Notes: generated from the letters alone by a model not told the origin. A stretch of DNA of 20,000 bases from an uncultured virus (IMG/VR IMGVR_UViG_3300033998_000455) (IMGVR_UViG_3300033998_000455); one strand, 5' to 3'; shown: positions 1 to 9,337, numbered from the stretch's first letter. Program-made: numbers and translations.

Positions 1-2343
1 ATTGCCTTCATATCGTTTCCAGCCACCAAGCCGCATTAAGATTCCTTCAATCTCATATGAGTCAGCTCGACGAATGGCATTTCTCTCCTTACCAAAGCAC
101 TCACACCAAATTTCCAGGCAGCAGACTCGGGTTCGTAGATTAGCTCCTTCAGGTATGGTTTCACCAAACTCGCTCTCACCAGCCAGATAGCTGCGTCTTT
201 CATAAATGTCCATCTTTGGCCACTTATCAGGAAGCGGTTTTTCAAGATACTGCTCCACCAAACCTTCTCGGTCATCTGCTTCCATGGCGTCACGCTGTTC
301 TTCGTAGGCCATCTTTTCTTCTTCACCAATAAGGATTAGCGGTTCACCAGCTTTATACTTTTCAAGGGCTTCTGCCCATATCTGGTCAATGTCTGTCATC
401 TCCCAGGCCTTTTTCTTTCCGTGATTAACTCTTACTGGCCAGAATCTTCTGTTTCCGGTAACGTCTCTCAAGAAACCGCTGGTGCTGTTGGTGCTTCCGA
501 CGATAACACTCTGTCTCGGATGACTTTCAACATTGATGCCATAGCTTTGTCTGAACTTATCATCCGTTCTGGTAATGAATGATTTCACCGTCTCTACATC
601 AATCTTTCGAAGGCCCGCAAGCTCACCTAGCTCAAGGATCCAATAGCCTTGAAGCTTTTCTGCTCCTGCTTTATCGCGCATGTCCGATACGGTTAAACTG
701 TCTGAGAACCACTTCCCACCAAGCTTTGCAAAGAAGGTGGATTTTCCGATGCCCTGTGGTCCATTAAGAACCAGAATATAATCAAACTTGATGCCTGGTT
801 CATAGATACGAGCAACCGCTGCCACTAAGGTTTTTCTCATAATCGCCCTTGTGTACGGGTTATCCTCTGAACCAAGATAGTCGATAAGAAGCCTATCCAC
901 TCTCTCTGTTCCGTCCCAAACTGGCAGTCCTTCCAGATAATCTTTAATGGGGTGAAACACTCGCTCTGATGCGGCTGTTAATAGCGCATCCTTAATCTTT
1001 GCCGGTGACCAGATGCCGTAATGCTTATCGAAGTACATCTTGAGATTGGCAAGGTCCGAGTCATTCCATCCTGGCTTGACCTGCTTCCAGGGAAGCTTCC
1101 CGTTGACATCTAGTAGATGGGTCATCTGGTTATAGGCCACACCTTTAAGTCTTGAATCGTTTCTGATGATTGTCAGGATGTTGGTTGGTGTATCTTTTAC
1201 CGTTCCGTTTTTATTGAGTTCTAGTTGAAGTTGCCAGGTGAGATCCTCGTCTTCTTCTGACTCAGATTCTTCCGTTTTAAAGTCCTCATCTTCCCTTTCA
1301 AATTCCTCTTTCATTTCCTCTTCACGCTCTTTTGCCAGCTGCTTTCTTACCTTTTCATCTGTTGTGCAAAACTCAAGCATGGCTTTTGCAGATGGGAGCT
1401 GCTTCTTTTCGTCTGCCCCTTCATCTAGTTCACCGAAGCGGTGAATTCTAACAAGGTCAAAGGCATTGCACAGATGGCCACATGCAGGATCCGTCGCATG
1501 ATGGGAGTAGGCATACTTTCTGCTGTAAATCACAACGCCTGCTGTGGAATCTGCCGGGATATAGTCATAACGCTCAGGCATGACACTTGGCTGGTAGACA
1601 TCTGAGAGAAAAGTATCGATGGCTTCTTCAATGGTGTACGTCCTACAGAAAGCTCCGATTAGTCCTTCCTTTCGAATGGGATCCGCTTGCTTTTTCATCA
1701 GCCTATCTATCAGTTTTGATTGTCTTGATGACACCGGCCACGTTGATGAGTCCTGCCAGTTGTCGTATAGTTTTAAGATGCTATCAGGATTTAAGAAGCT
1801 CCCTTTGATTTCTCTAAAGAAATATTCTCCATCACTGGATGTGCTGGGCCAGTACATGAGTCTGTTAGGCTCGTAGGTAGTATCATCGAATAGCTCGATG
1901 CCGATTTCTTTGGCGATTCGTCTACTGACCGCCTGGTACTCATCTGCAGTCACTGTTCTTGATAATGGAATGATCAGTCTGAGTCTAGGCTTCTCCGGTG
2001 TATGTTTATGGGTGGAGTAGATAACCGCTGCGTATCCATAGAGAATTTCCATGTTCTCAGCTATGGCCACCGCATCATCTGCATGGTCCATATCAAGGCT
2101 TAGCATCGACCGATTCATGACACTGGATTTTGTTCTTCTTCCGTCTTTCAGCTGACCGGCGACAAAGCCGCCCACATCTTTCACATTGTCCTGTTGGTAC
2201 TTCTTCATCTTGCGATACTCTTCCTGAGTCTCGCTGGTGACAGTGGTTTGGGAGAGTCGTTTTACAAACTCCTCCCAGGACACCGTCTGCTCCTTCCAAA
2301 CTTTATCTTTACGGCTGTTGCCTGTTGAAATAATAAATTTCAT
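1..2343 (-). CDS. Virulence-associated E (VirE/VapE) family primase-helicase, 3' end outside window
   Basis: Not in the ORF track because it runs off the edge. Manual translation from ATG at 2343 (RBS GAAGGAGG) gives MKFIISTGNSRKDKVWKEQTVSWEEFVKRL...KDVGGFVAG...SLDMD. Walker A LNGPQGIGKST lies near 736-768, and the same frame reads GGWKRYEGN at position 1. Confidence 0.9.
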   Translation of the reverse strand, partial: MKFIISTGNSRKDKVWKEQTVSWEEFVKRLSQTTVTSETQEEYRKMKKYQQDNVKDVGGFVAGQLKDGRRTKSSVMNRSMLSLDMDHADDAVAIAENMEILYGYAAVIYSTHKHTPEKPRLRLIIPLSRTVTADEYQAVSRRIAKEIGIELFDDTTYEPNRLMYWPSTSSDGEYFFREIKGSFLNPDSILKLYDNWQDSSTWPVSSRQSKLIDRLMKKQADPIRKEGLIGAFCRTYTIEEAIDTFLSDVYQPSVMPERYDYIPADSTAGVVIYSRKYAYSHHATDPACGHLCNAFDLVRIHRFGELDEGADEKKQLPSAKAMLEFCTTDEKVRKQLAKEREEEMKEEFEREDEDFKTEESESEEDEDLTWQLQLELNKNGTVKDTPTNILTIIRNDSRLKGVAYNQMTHLLDVNGKLPWKQVKPGWNDSDLANLKMYFDKHYGIWSPAKIKDALLTAASERVFHPIKDYLEGLPVWDGTERVDRLLIDYLGSEDNPYTRAIMRKTLVAAVARIYEPGIKFDYILVLNGPQGIGKSTFFAKLGGKWFSDSLTVSDMRDKAGAEKLQGYWILELGELAGLRKIDVETVKSFITRTDDKFRQSYGINVESHPRQSVIVGSTNSTSGFLRDVTGNRRFWPVRVNHGKKKAWEMTDIDQIWAEALEKYKAGEPLILIGEEEKMAYEEQRDAMEADDREGLVEQYLEKPLPDKWPKMDIYERRSYLAGESEFGETIPEGANLRTRVCCLEIWCECFGKERNAIRRADSYEIEGILMRLGGWKRYEGN

Positions 2344-2361
2344 GGCGTCCTCCTTCTATTG

Positions 2362-2676
2362 CTAATGTTTTTTGATTAAAACAAGGTCATAATCATCGCA
2401 ACTATAAACTACTTCTGCTTGTACTTGTAGCCTGCTACCCTTGTTAGAGTGAATCTTGTCTGCTGGTGGAGGTGACTCATTTTCTGAAAGACCAAGAAGG
2501 TAATCAACGGACTTATTTAATGTTTTTGACAAGTGGACCATTGCCTCAAACTTTGGCTCTCTTTTTCCGGTTTCCCACATGCCGATGGTCCCATTTGAAA
2601 CTTTAAGAATTTCCGCTAACTCCACTTGTGTTAGTCCTGCTTCTTTACGAGAAGCCTTTAATCTTTCAGAAAACAT
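2362..2676 (-). CDS. XRE/Cro-C1 family helix-turn-helix regulator
   Basis: RLKASRKEAGLTQVELAEILKVSNGTIGMWETGKREP is a typical HTH_3 signature; RBS AGGAGG. Confidence 0.88.
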   Translation of the reverse strand: MFSERLKASRKEAGLTQVELAEILKVSNGTIGMWETGKREPKFEAMVHLSKTLNKSVDYLLGLSENESPPPADKIHSNKGSRLQVQAEVVYSCDDYDLVLIKKH

Positions 2677-2685
2677 CGCAACCTC

Positions 2686-2859
2686 CTACTCTATACAATC
2701 CGGACAAATATCCAACCATTCACCATCAACTCTTTTACTCTTCCATCCGATGTCTTCTCTGGCATCTATAGCGTCCTGAAAACTATCGAACTCTTCGTCC
2801 GTTCCCGCTCCGCATATATCACAAATCAAGGTGTATTTCCCGTACTCTTTTGAAATCAT
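2686..2859 (-). CDS. Small 57-aa putative zinc-ribbon protein (CxxC...CxxC)
   Basis: Manual translation: MISKEYGKYTLICDICGAGTDEEFDSFQDAIDAREDIGWKSKRVDGEWLDICPDCIE*. RBS GAGGAG; its stop codon overlaps the RBS of the next gene. Confidence 0.8.
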   Translation of the reverse strand: MISKEYGKYTLICDICGAGTDEEFDSFQDAIDAREDIGWKSKRVDGEWLDICPDCIE

Positions 2860-2908
2860 CTATCTCTCCTCGCTTTCTATTCATTTCTCTTCAAGTGGCG
2901 ATCTTTTG

Positions 2909-4864
2909 TTAATCCTTCTGGTAAAAATCACATTCATAACCGTCTGCATCTAGAGGTAACCCTTCCGACCACTTTGGACTTTCGCTCATAATGCTGCATA
3001 CTTCTTCTACGCTGGACTCACCCATAGGCACTTCACAAATCACCTCATCATGCACATGAGCAACAATGGCAAAGCCTGCTTTATCAAGTCTTAGCATGGC
3101 CTCAGCCAGAAGATCTCTGGATGCAGCTTGAACAATGTTCTCCACAATTTTCGGTCCATAGGTCTCTATCCTCTCCCACTTTTTAGTGGTTCCAATGCCT
3201 TCATAGGTCAGACCCTCTCGTCCGAATTTATTCAGCATGAGCTTCGGCTTCACATAGACCAGGTCACGACCTGATGGCAATGTGACGAAAAGCATCCCGC
3301 TTTTATAAGTGAAGACAATCCCGTGAGTTCTAGTTCTGGTTCTCTCCTTCACTGCTTTGATGGCCATCTTGTCCACTTCCCACCAGAAATTCACGATGTG
3401 GGGATTGGCTCTACGCCAGTTGTCGATCAGCCCTTGCAGCTCGTTTTCTTCCACGCCCATCTCTAAAGCTCCCATGGACTTAAGTGCTCCAACGCCTCCG
3501 CCATAACCGCAGGCAAGTTCGGAGATTTTACCTTTTTGCCTCAGTAGGCTACCCTTTGTGATTTCATCAATAGGCACATGAAACATCTGTGAAGCAGATG
3601 CCTCATAGATCTTTCCGTGGGACTGAAATACTTCAAGTCTCCATTTTTCCCCCGCAAGCCAGGATAGGACCCTCGCTTCTATGGCTGAAAAATCAGCTAC
3701 GATAAACCGATAACCTTCTTTTGGAATGAAGGCGGTTCTTATAAGTTCTGACAGTACCCCCGGTGTATTACCAAAGAGAATCTGCAGATCATCAAAGCGT
3801 CCTTCTTTCACCAGGTCTCTAGCGAGCTTTAAATCTACAAGGTGGTTCTGTGGGAGGTTCTGGACTTGCACCAGCCTTCCGGCAAACCGGCCTGTTCGAT
3901 TGGCTCCATAGAACTGAAAGAGTCCATGGACTCTGCCATCTGAACAAACCGCCCTTTCAATGGCCTCATATTTTCTTACACTGGTCTTGGCCATGAGGAG
4001 CCTAAGCTTAAGCGCTTCTTCCACTTCACCCTCAGTTTCACTAACTAGCTCTTTTACGTTTTTCTTTGAAAGACTCTCCACTTCCACACCACGCTCAGAC
4101 AACCAGTCTTTCAGTTGAGATACCGAGTTCGGATTTTCAAGACCTGTAAGTTCATAGGCTCTTTCTGTTGCAGATACGGTAAACTGCTTATCACAGGAAA
4201 TGGCCTGTATGACGAAATCCATATCTGCCCTGAAGCCTCGATCATTAATTCGCTGGTCCAGTTCATAGAGGGCTTGCTCTGATTCTGGTATTGGATAGTC
4301 TTTAATCTTCTTTCTGATTTCCAGCTCCACTTCAACGTCTCTAATGTTATACTGCTTGAACAGCTCCCATTTGTCCGGTGCATCTGACGGAAGGTTTCTG
4401 GTTCTCCCACCATTGGCTGCTGTTGGCTTACAGGGAATACAGAAGTATCTGATCAGCGGTTTTCCCTCTGACATCTTTTGTGCGTCTAATCTTAGCACTT
4501 TGGCTACCCCCTCAAGGTGGAGAGGAAGTCCAAGCATTGCTGCCTGAACCTCACTGCACCGCCATGAAGATGGATTAAGATACACTTCCTTATCAAGCTT
4601 TCGACTGAGATATCTCATAAGAGCGACCCTTTCGAAGTTGGCATTAAAGGCAGTCTTGATGATGTCTTCACTTAGAATGGCCTCAACGATTTCTTCAGGT
4701 ATTTCCTCACCACTGGCCAGATCAATCAGCTGAACAGGACCTTCATCAATGCTGTAGGCAAACAGTAGGATGTCGAAGTTTGGACTATCGGTGTAGCGGT
4801 AAACACCACACTTTCCAAGGTCAATATCTGAAAATGTCTCAATATCTATGGATAAAGTCTTCAT
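2909..4864 (-). CDS. Phage-type family A DNA polymerase with 3'-5' exonuclease domain
   Basis: ExoI SIDIETFS, motif A ADFSAIEARV, motif B RQKGKISELACGYG, motif C HVHDEV. No 5'-3' exonuclease domain. Confidence 0.95.
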   Translation of the reverse strand: MKTLSIDIETFSDIDLGKCGVYRYTDSPNFDILLFAYSIDEGPVQLIDLASGEEIPEEIVEAILSEDIIKTAFNANFERVALMRYLSRKLDKEVYLNPSSWRCSEVQAAMLGLPLHLEGVAKVLRLDAQKMSEGKPLIRYFCIPCKPTAANGGRTRNLPSDAPDKWELFKQYNIRDVEVELEIRKKIKDYPIPESEQALYELDQRINDRGFRADMDFVIQAISCDKQFTVSATERAYELTGLENPNSVSQLKDWLSERGVEVESLSKKNVKELVSETEGEVEEALKLRLLMAKTSVRKYEAIERAVCSDGRVHGLFQFYGANRTGRFAGRLVQVQNLPQNHLVDLKLARDLVKEGRFDDLQILFGNTPGVLSELIRTAFIPKEGYRFIVADFSAIEARVLSWLAGEKWRLEVFQSHGKIYEASASQMFHVPIDEITKGSLLRQKGKISELACGYGGGVGALKSMGALEMGVEENELQGLIDNWRRANPHIVNFWWEVDKMAIKAVKERTRTRTHGIVFTYKSGMLFVTLPSGRDLVYVKPKLMLNKFGREGLTYEGIGTTKKWERIETYGPKIVENIVQAASRDLLAEAMLRLDKAGFAIVAHVHDEVICEVPMGESSVEEVCSIMSESPKWSEGLPLDADGYECDFYQKD

Positions 4865-4897
4865 GGGTTTACCACCTCCTCTCCGTCTTCTTTACTG

Positions 4898-5431
4898 CTA
4901 AGCCAAGAAATCATCGTCAGCTTCAATCTCAAAGTCATCCTCAGCTCGACTCATGCCACCCAGCGGCTCTCCATCTTTAAGCTTCTGCACGTTACCAAGT
5001 CCCGCTGCTATTCCACGGTTCCCGTTGACATTGAAGGCATATAGGTTCAGGCTTACTTTCCCATAACATCCAGAGTAGACTTCACTTCTATCAAGAATGG
5101 CTTGAATCTTCCCATCCACCACTTGAGGTGCGTTCTTTGAATTGGCGTTGATGAAATAACACCCTTCATATGCCGGATCATCCGGTCTATCAATGTCTCC
5201 ATCTCGAAGAGGAGTCTTAAGATTCGCTGGAACCTTGCCTCCAAACTTTGGCGCACCTTCCTGCTTAGCTGCCTCAATTGCCTTCAAAATCGCATTTACT
5301 GTCTTCTTGTCTGACTTTGGAATGATGACTGAGACGCTGTACTTAGGGTCACTTCCATTGATACTTTTAGGTTCAAAAACATTCACATAGCTTAATCTTC
5401 CGGGTACGACTACTTTCGTTTCTTTACTCAT
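4898..5431 (-). CDS. DUF2815 family ssDNA-binding protein (Gp2.5-like)
   Basis: RLSYVNVFEP, KYSVSVIIPK, PLRDGD, GNRGIAAGLGNVQK and an acidic C-terminal tail ending DDDFLA; directly upstream of the polymerase. Confidence 0.9.
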   Translation of the reverse strand: MSKETKVVVPGRLSYVNVFEPKSINGSDPKYSVSVIIPKSDKKTVNAILKAIEAAKQEGAPKFGGKVPANLKTPLRDGDIDRPDDPAYEGCYFINANSKNAPQVVDGKIQAILDRSEVYSGCYGKVSLNLYAFNVNGNRGIAAGLGNVQKLKDGEPLGGMSRAEDDFEIEADDDFLA

Positions 5432-5540
5432 GATAAAATCCTCCTAAAATTTGTATTGGTTTGCTCTTCTGAGCTTGGTTACAATAATCGATTGGTACTT
5501 CATAACGCTCGAACGTTCATAAGCATTCATAAATCTTGAT

Positions 5541-6677
5541 CTACTCTTCCACCTGAAACTCTGCATGAATTGGATCCACAGCTTGACGCTTGTCTGTTTC
5601 AGGTACTAGGGTGAGTTTCCCCTTTGGTTTTTCTACTAAGTTTCCAAGGATGTCATTGAACTTCTTCTTGCCCATGAGCTTCTCCATCTCAGTGATGGTG
5701 ATAAGACTCTGTTTGAAGATGTCTGTATAACCTGCTTCTTTAGCAGTTTCAGCAACTGCAGTTTCATCCGTGAACTTCCTTCTGGTTCTTCCTTCTACCA
5801 GCTTGAACCCATCCCACTCTCTACCCTCATTGATAGCAAGGGCTGTGGCGTAGGTGTATATATCCCCCGCCCATTTAGCCAGTTCATCTGCAAGTCCAAT
5901 AATTTCTGCTATCTCTTCGTCAGTGAGAAGTGCTGGGTCCTGAAACTCATACTTCAGAAGTTCAAGGTTTTTCACTGCCCTAGCCCTGCACTGATTCTTT
6001 GCTCTACAGAATCTGCAATGATCTCCGGCACAGAACTCTCCACCACCGGTACTAGCCAGTAGAGCTTTGGGTCTTAATTCTTCTTCAGCCCATTTCAGCA
6101 ATTCTTCCACTGTGATCTCCCAAGTAGAGAAGTTATCTACTCTTGGCTGGACGATGGCCATAGACACCTTTTCGATATCGTAGAGCATGTCGAAAAGGGA
6201 TAAGGCCCCAAGTGCATAGAGCATCATCTGCGGGTTCTTTTCTGCTGAAACGATGACACCACGTCCGTATTTTAAATCCACCACATGAAGGGTTCCATTT
6301 CCAACAACAACCAGGTCACCGGTCCCGAATCCTTCAGGTACATAATCAGAAAAATCCAACTTCTGCTCTATTAGGATTTGAAGGTCAGAACAGTTCTCTT
6401 TTGATTTCTCAATCAGTTCTAGACAATACTCCACGTAAAGATCTGTCATCTCGTCCATCTCATCGGAATGATAGGGACTGGTGGGTTTTTTCGACCGCAT
6501 CTTCAGCGCTTTCTTTAGTTTGTGTTCGGCCAGGTCATGGGCTGCTGTTCCTTCTTCTGCATAGGAGCTTGTCTCATTTGGAAACTGCTGCTCTAATTGA
6601 GCGGATGGTGGACAGTTCATCCACCGGTGTGCCCCGGATGCTGAGTAGATGGAATGGGTATTATATGATCCACTCAC
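5541..6677 (-). CDS. DUF2800 family PD-(D/E)XK (Cas4-like) nuclease
   Basis: SASGAHRWMNCPPS, EGTAAH, GFGTGD, VVDLKYG, QMMLYA and the CRFC...C cluster; usual position before DUF2815. Confidence 0.9.
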   Translation of the reverse strand: MSGSYNTHSIYSASGAHRWMNCPPSAQLEQQFPNETSSYAEEGTAAHDLAEHKLKKALKMRSKKPTSPYHSDEMDEMTDLYVEYCLELIEKSKENCSDLQILIEQKLDFSDYVPEGFGTGDLVVVGNGTLHVVDLKYGRGVIVSAEKNPQMMLYALGALSLFDMLYDIEKVSMAIVQPRVDNFSTWEITVEELLKWAEEELRPKALLASTGGGEFCAGDHCRFCRAKNQCRARAVKNLELLKYEFQDPALLTDEEIAEIIGLADELAKWAGDIYTYATALAINEGREWDGFKLVEGRTRRKFTDETAVAETAKEAGYTDIFKQSLITITEMEKLMGKKKFNDILGNLVEKPKGKLTLVPETDKRQAVDPIHAEFQVEE

Positions 6678-7057
6678 TTCAGCTCACCTACTTCCTTAAG
6701 GGCAGCTGCATAGTGTTTAGGGTCCAGTGCCGAGAGGTTATTGGCTCCATACTTTGTGATGATGGCTTTCACCGCCTCTCTGTGTCCGTCTCTGCTTTTA
6801 TCCGCCATAGCTGCTCTGACTTCCTCAAGGGTTGGCTGTTTTTCTTCTGGCTCTTCAACCGGTGCTTCACCAACTTCAGGCTCTTTGGTCTCAGGTTCTT
6901 CCACCTTTGCCTTGGCCTTTGATTTCTTATTAGTTGGTTCTTCGTTGGCTTCATTTGCTACTTCATTTGATTCCATGGCATGTACCAAAGTCTCTATACT
7001 CTCAGCCAGTGACTTAAGATCACTGACAACTTCCAGTGCGAGTTTGATTTTACTCAT
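6674..7057 (-). CDS. Conserved phage replication-module hypothetical protein
   Basis: Acidic/Pro linker plus C-terminal TLEEVRA...VKAIITKYGANNLSALDPKHYAA, typical of the gene preceding DUF2800; overlaps both neighbours. Confidence 0.8.
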   Translation of the reverse strand: MSKIKLALEVVSDLKSLAESIETLVHAMESNEVANEANEEPTNKKSKAKAKVEEPETKEPEVGEAPVEEPEEKQPTLEEVRAAMADKSRDGHREAVKAIITKYGANNLSALDPKHYAAALKEVGELK

Positions 7058-8270
7058 CCTTCGATTCTCCTTTCGTCTTGAAATAGTCTTTAGCCAGTTC
7101 TTTAAGAATTGGAACCAGGTCCTTCATCTCCCAGGGTGTGTTTCTTTCCTCACCGTCCAGCGACATCTTCTCTCTGCCAAAGTGACCGTAGACTGCAAAC
7201 TGTCTGTAGATGGGCCGTCTCAATCCAAAAGACTTGATGATGGTACCGGGTCTCATGTCAATGAGAACTTTGATAATCTCCGTGAGAACCTCATCCGGAA
7301 GTTTTCCGGTACCAAAGGTGTCAACCTTAAACGACACCGGTTTGGCCACACCGATAGCGTAAGAAACCTGCACCTCGCATTCCTTAGCAAGACCTGCTGC
7401 GACAATGTTCTTTGCGATGTATCTGGCTAGATAAGCTCCTGAACGGTCAACCTTGGTCGGATCTTTTCCAGAGAAAGCGCCACCGCCATGACGTCCCTTG
7501 CTCCCGTAGGTATCAACGATGATTTTTCTGCCAGTTAAACCTGAGTCTGCAGCAGGACCACCAAGAACGAATCTTCCAGTAGGATTGATCATCACTTTAG
7601 TCCTTTCAGTAAGAAGCTCATGTGGGATGACTTTAAGGATGATATGCTTCGTCACATCTTCCCTCAGCTTCTTGATGTCCACACCTTCAGCATGTTGGGT
7701 AGAGACTACAATCGCTTCAATGGATAGAGGTTTATGGTCTTTCCCATATCCCAGCGATACTTGGGCTTTGCCATCTGGTTTAAGGTATGGAAGTAGTCCT
7801 GACTTTCTCGCTTCTGCTAGTCTCATGCAGAGCCTATGTGAGAGGACTAATGGCAGAGGCATAAACTCTGGTGTTTCATCGGTTGCGTAACCAAACATCA
7901 TACCCTGGTCCCCGGCGCCGATTTCTTTGTTTACAACACCCATGGCAATATCAGGTGATTGCTTGCTTATGGCTATAAGCATTCTATAGAACTCACCATC
8001 CGTGGATAGCTCGTCTGCTCGATAGCCGATATCATAAATCACATTCTTGATCACTCTTTTGTAGTCGATTCTCTTTTCAGTGCTGGTTTCTCCAAACACA
8101 TGGATGAGTCCATCTGCTGCAGTGACTTCAATTGCTGTTCTTGCTTCTGGATCCTCCGATATAATGGAATCCATAATCGCGTCAGCAATCTGATCGCAAA
8201 GTTTATCAGGGTGGCCCTCCGTTACTGATTCAGAGGTAAAAACATAAGCTGGTTTCTGATTATCTTTCAT
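7050..8270 (-). CDS. metK: S-adenosylmethionine synthetase (methionine adenosyltransferase)
   Basis: FTSESVTEGHPDK, GAGDQG, PDGKAQV, GLTGRKIIVDTYG, HGGGAFSGKDPTKVDRS and YGHFGR motifs are all present. Confidence 0.97.
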   Translation of the reverse strand: MKDNQKPAYVFTSESVTEGHPDKLCDQIADAIMDSIISEDPEARTAIEVTAADGLIHVFGETSTEKRIDYKRVIKNVIYDIGYRADELSTDGEFYRMLIAISKQSPDIAMGVVNKEIGAGDQGMMFGYATDETPEFMPLPLVLSHRLCMRLAEARKSGLLPYLKPDGKAQVSLGYGKDHKPLSIEAIVVSTQHAEGVDIKKLREDVTKHIILKVIPHELLTERTKVMINPTGRFVLGGPAADSGLTGRKIIVDTYGSKGRHGGGAFSGKDPTKVDRSGAYLARYIAKNIVAAGLAKECEVQVSYAIGVAKPVSFKVDTFGTGKLPDEVLTEIIKVLIDMRPGTIIKSFGLRRPIYRQFAVYGHFGREKMSLDGEERNTPWEMKDLVPILKELAKDYFKTKGESKDE

Positions 8271-8284
8271 TTACTTGCTCCTCT

Positions 8285-8533
8285 CTATTTCGATTCTTCA
8301 GATTTGTCCGTTTCTTGTACTTCCATCTCCGTAATGGAAATGGTTCCGACACTTTCGCCTGGTACTAGAACTACCATCTTGTGTCCGTCTCCGAAGATTG
8401 CATTTAGTAAGCGGTCCCGGAGCGTCACTTTTCTGGCTGCAAGCACCTGGTTAGGATTTGGTTTCTTGATGCCAATCTCCACATGGTGCATTGTCTTTGC
8501 CTTTTGCCGATTTAAAACGTCTTGTTTACTCAT
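8285..8533 (-). CDS. Small conserved hypothetical protein
   Basis: 82-aa ORF with RBS AGGTAGGTG; RKVTLRDRLL...VLVPGESV resembles small proteins following the sigma-like gene in related elements (from recall). Confidence 0.7.
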   Translation of the reverse strand: MSKQDVLNRQKAKTMHHVEIGIKKPNPNQVLAARKVTLRDRLLNAIFGDGHKMVVLVPGESVGTISITEMEVQETDKSEESK

Positions 8534-8626
8534 CTCATATCACCTACCTTTCATATTGAGCTTTGAGTTCCATATCAGCGGCCTCTATATATAGGTCATG
8601 GGAGAAACAATAGTTGCCCCCCTAAA

Positions 8627-9172
8627 TCAAAACTTTTTTAATTTTTTACTAAGCTGATCGATAATACGGTTCATTCTTTTCGTCACAGAAGACTTATGAA
8701 CACCATCCCTCCTAGCTACATCTGCCATGGAAAGCCCTCTAAAATAAATGTCCATCACCAGTTCCTGCTGCTGTGGCTCCAAAGCCTGAATAGCTTTTCT
8801 TACAGCTTCTTTCTCAAGATTGGCCAGTACCATATCAAGTGCATCTTCTTCGGCCATGAGGGTGTCGTACTTGTCGTTCTGGTCAGAATAACTATGGTGA
8901 CGCCTCGTTTCCGTCTGATCGTTGTTGTACTCAAGTCTCTCTTCACCTTTGCTGATCACAAGCCAAAGCCATGGTTCTACACCTTCAGTTTCCGAGATCA
9001 TATCTTCTGTGATTTCACACTTTTCATCTGTGGCTTCAAATTCATAAGTGAATGAATCGCACTCACTTAGATCAAATGTGGTTTTCTTTTTACCAACTGC
9101 ATAAGTGACCTTTCCTTCTTCTGAAATCTCGATAGTTGTAGTAACTCCACCCGTTTTGAATGTTTTGAACAT
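8627..9172 (-). CDS. Sigma-70 region-4 (ECF-like) DNA-binding protein
   Basis: C-terminal AIQALEPQQQELVMDIYFRGLSMADVARRDGVHKSSVTKRMNRI is a region-4 HTH; RBS AAGGAGG. Confidence 0.85.
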   Translation of the reverse strand: MFKTFKTGGVTTTIEISEEGKVTYAVGKKKTTFDLSECDSFTYEFEATDEKCEITEDMISETEGVEPWLWLVISKGEERLEYNNDQTETRRHHSYSDQNDKYDTLMAEEDALDMVLANLEKEAVRKAIQALEPQQQELVMDIYFRGLSMADVARRDGVHKSSVTKRMNRIIDQLSKKLKKF

Positions 9173-9222
9173 TGTTTGTTCCTCCTTTGAAATAAGTAGT
9201 TAGGAGGAAGTACAGCCAAAAA

Positions 9223-9337
9223 AGGGCATAAAAAAAGGCCCTAATACGCATCACACGTACTAGGGCCAAATTGGCCGAGGGCATAAAAATAGCCGCTTAG
9301 GTTAAAACTCAAATAAGTCCTAACCCAAGCGGCTATT
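9223..9337 (-). terminator. Two tandem intrinsic-terminator-like hairpins in the leader of the sigma-like gene
   Basis: Stems at 9288-9298/9327-9337 (AATAGCCGCTT/AAGCGGCTATT, with further inner pairing) and 9237-9267 (GGCCCTA.TACG/CGTA.TAGGGCC). Each is followed on the minus strand by TTTTTATGCCCT. Confidence 0.7.

Noticed and set aside
2..2299. Short ORF-track ORFs on both strands (2-190, 36-329, 579-767, 1238-1444, 1587-1876, 2093-2299)
   Set aside because: They are shadows of the long VirE frame (1-2343, minus).
5444..5530. 28-aa minus-strand ORF MNAYERSSVMKYQSIIVTKLRRANQYKF and a GAACGTTC palindrome
   Set aside because: The RBS is weak and the ORF very short; the palindrome lacks the 4-bp spacer of an SOS box.
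5541..6677. Cas4-like nuclease suggesting a CRISPR-Cas locus
   Set aside because: No cas1/cas2 and no repeat-spacer array; DUF2800 is a standard phage replication/recombination gene.
6401..7890. Plus-strand ORFs of 173, 229 and 123 aa
   Set aside because: They are antisense to well-supported genes and have no motifs or RBS.
9090..9284. 64-aa minus-strand ORF as a possible leader peptide
   Set aside because: No RBS, it runs through a terminator hairpin, and it overlaps the sigma-like gene out of frame.
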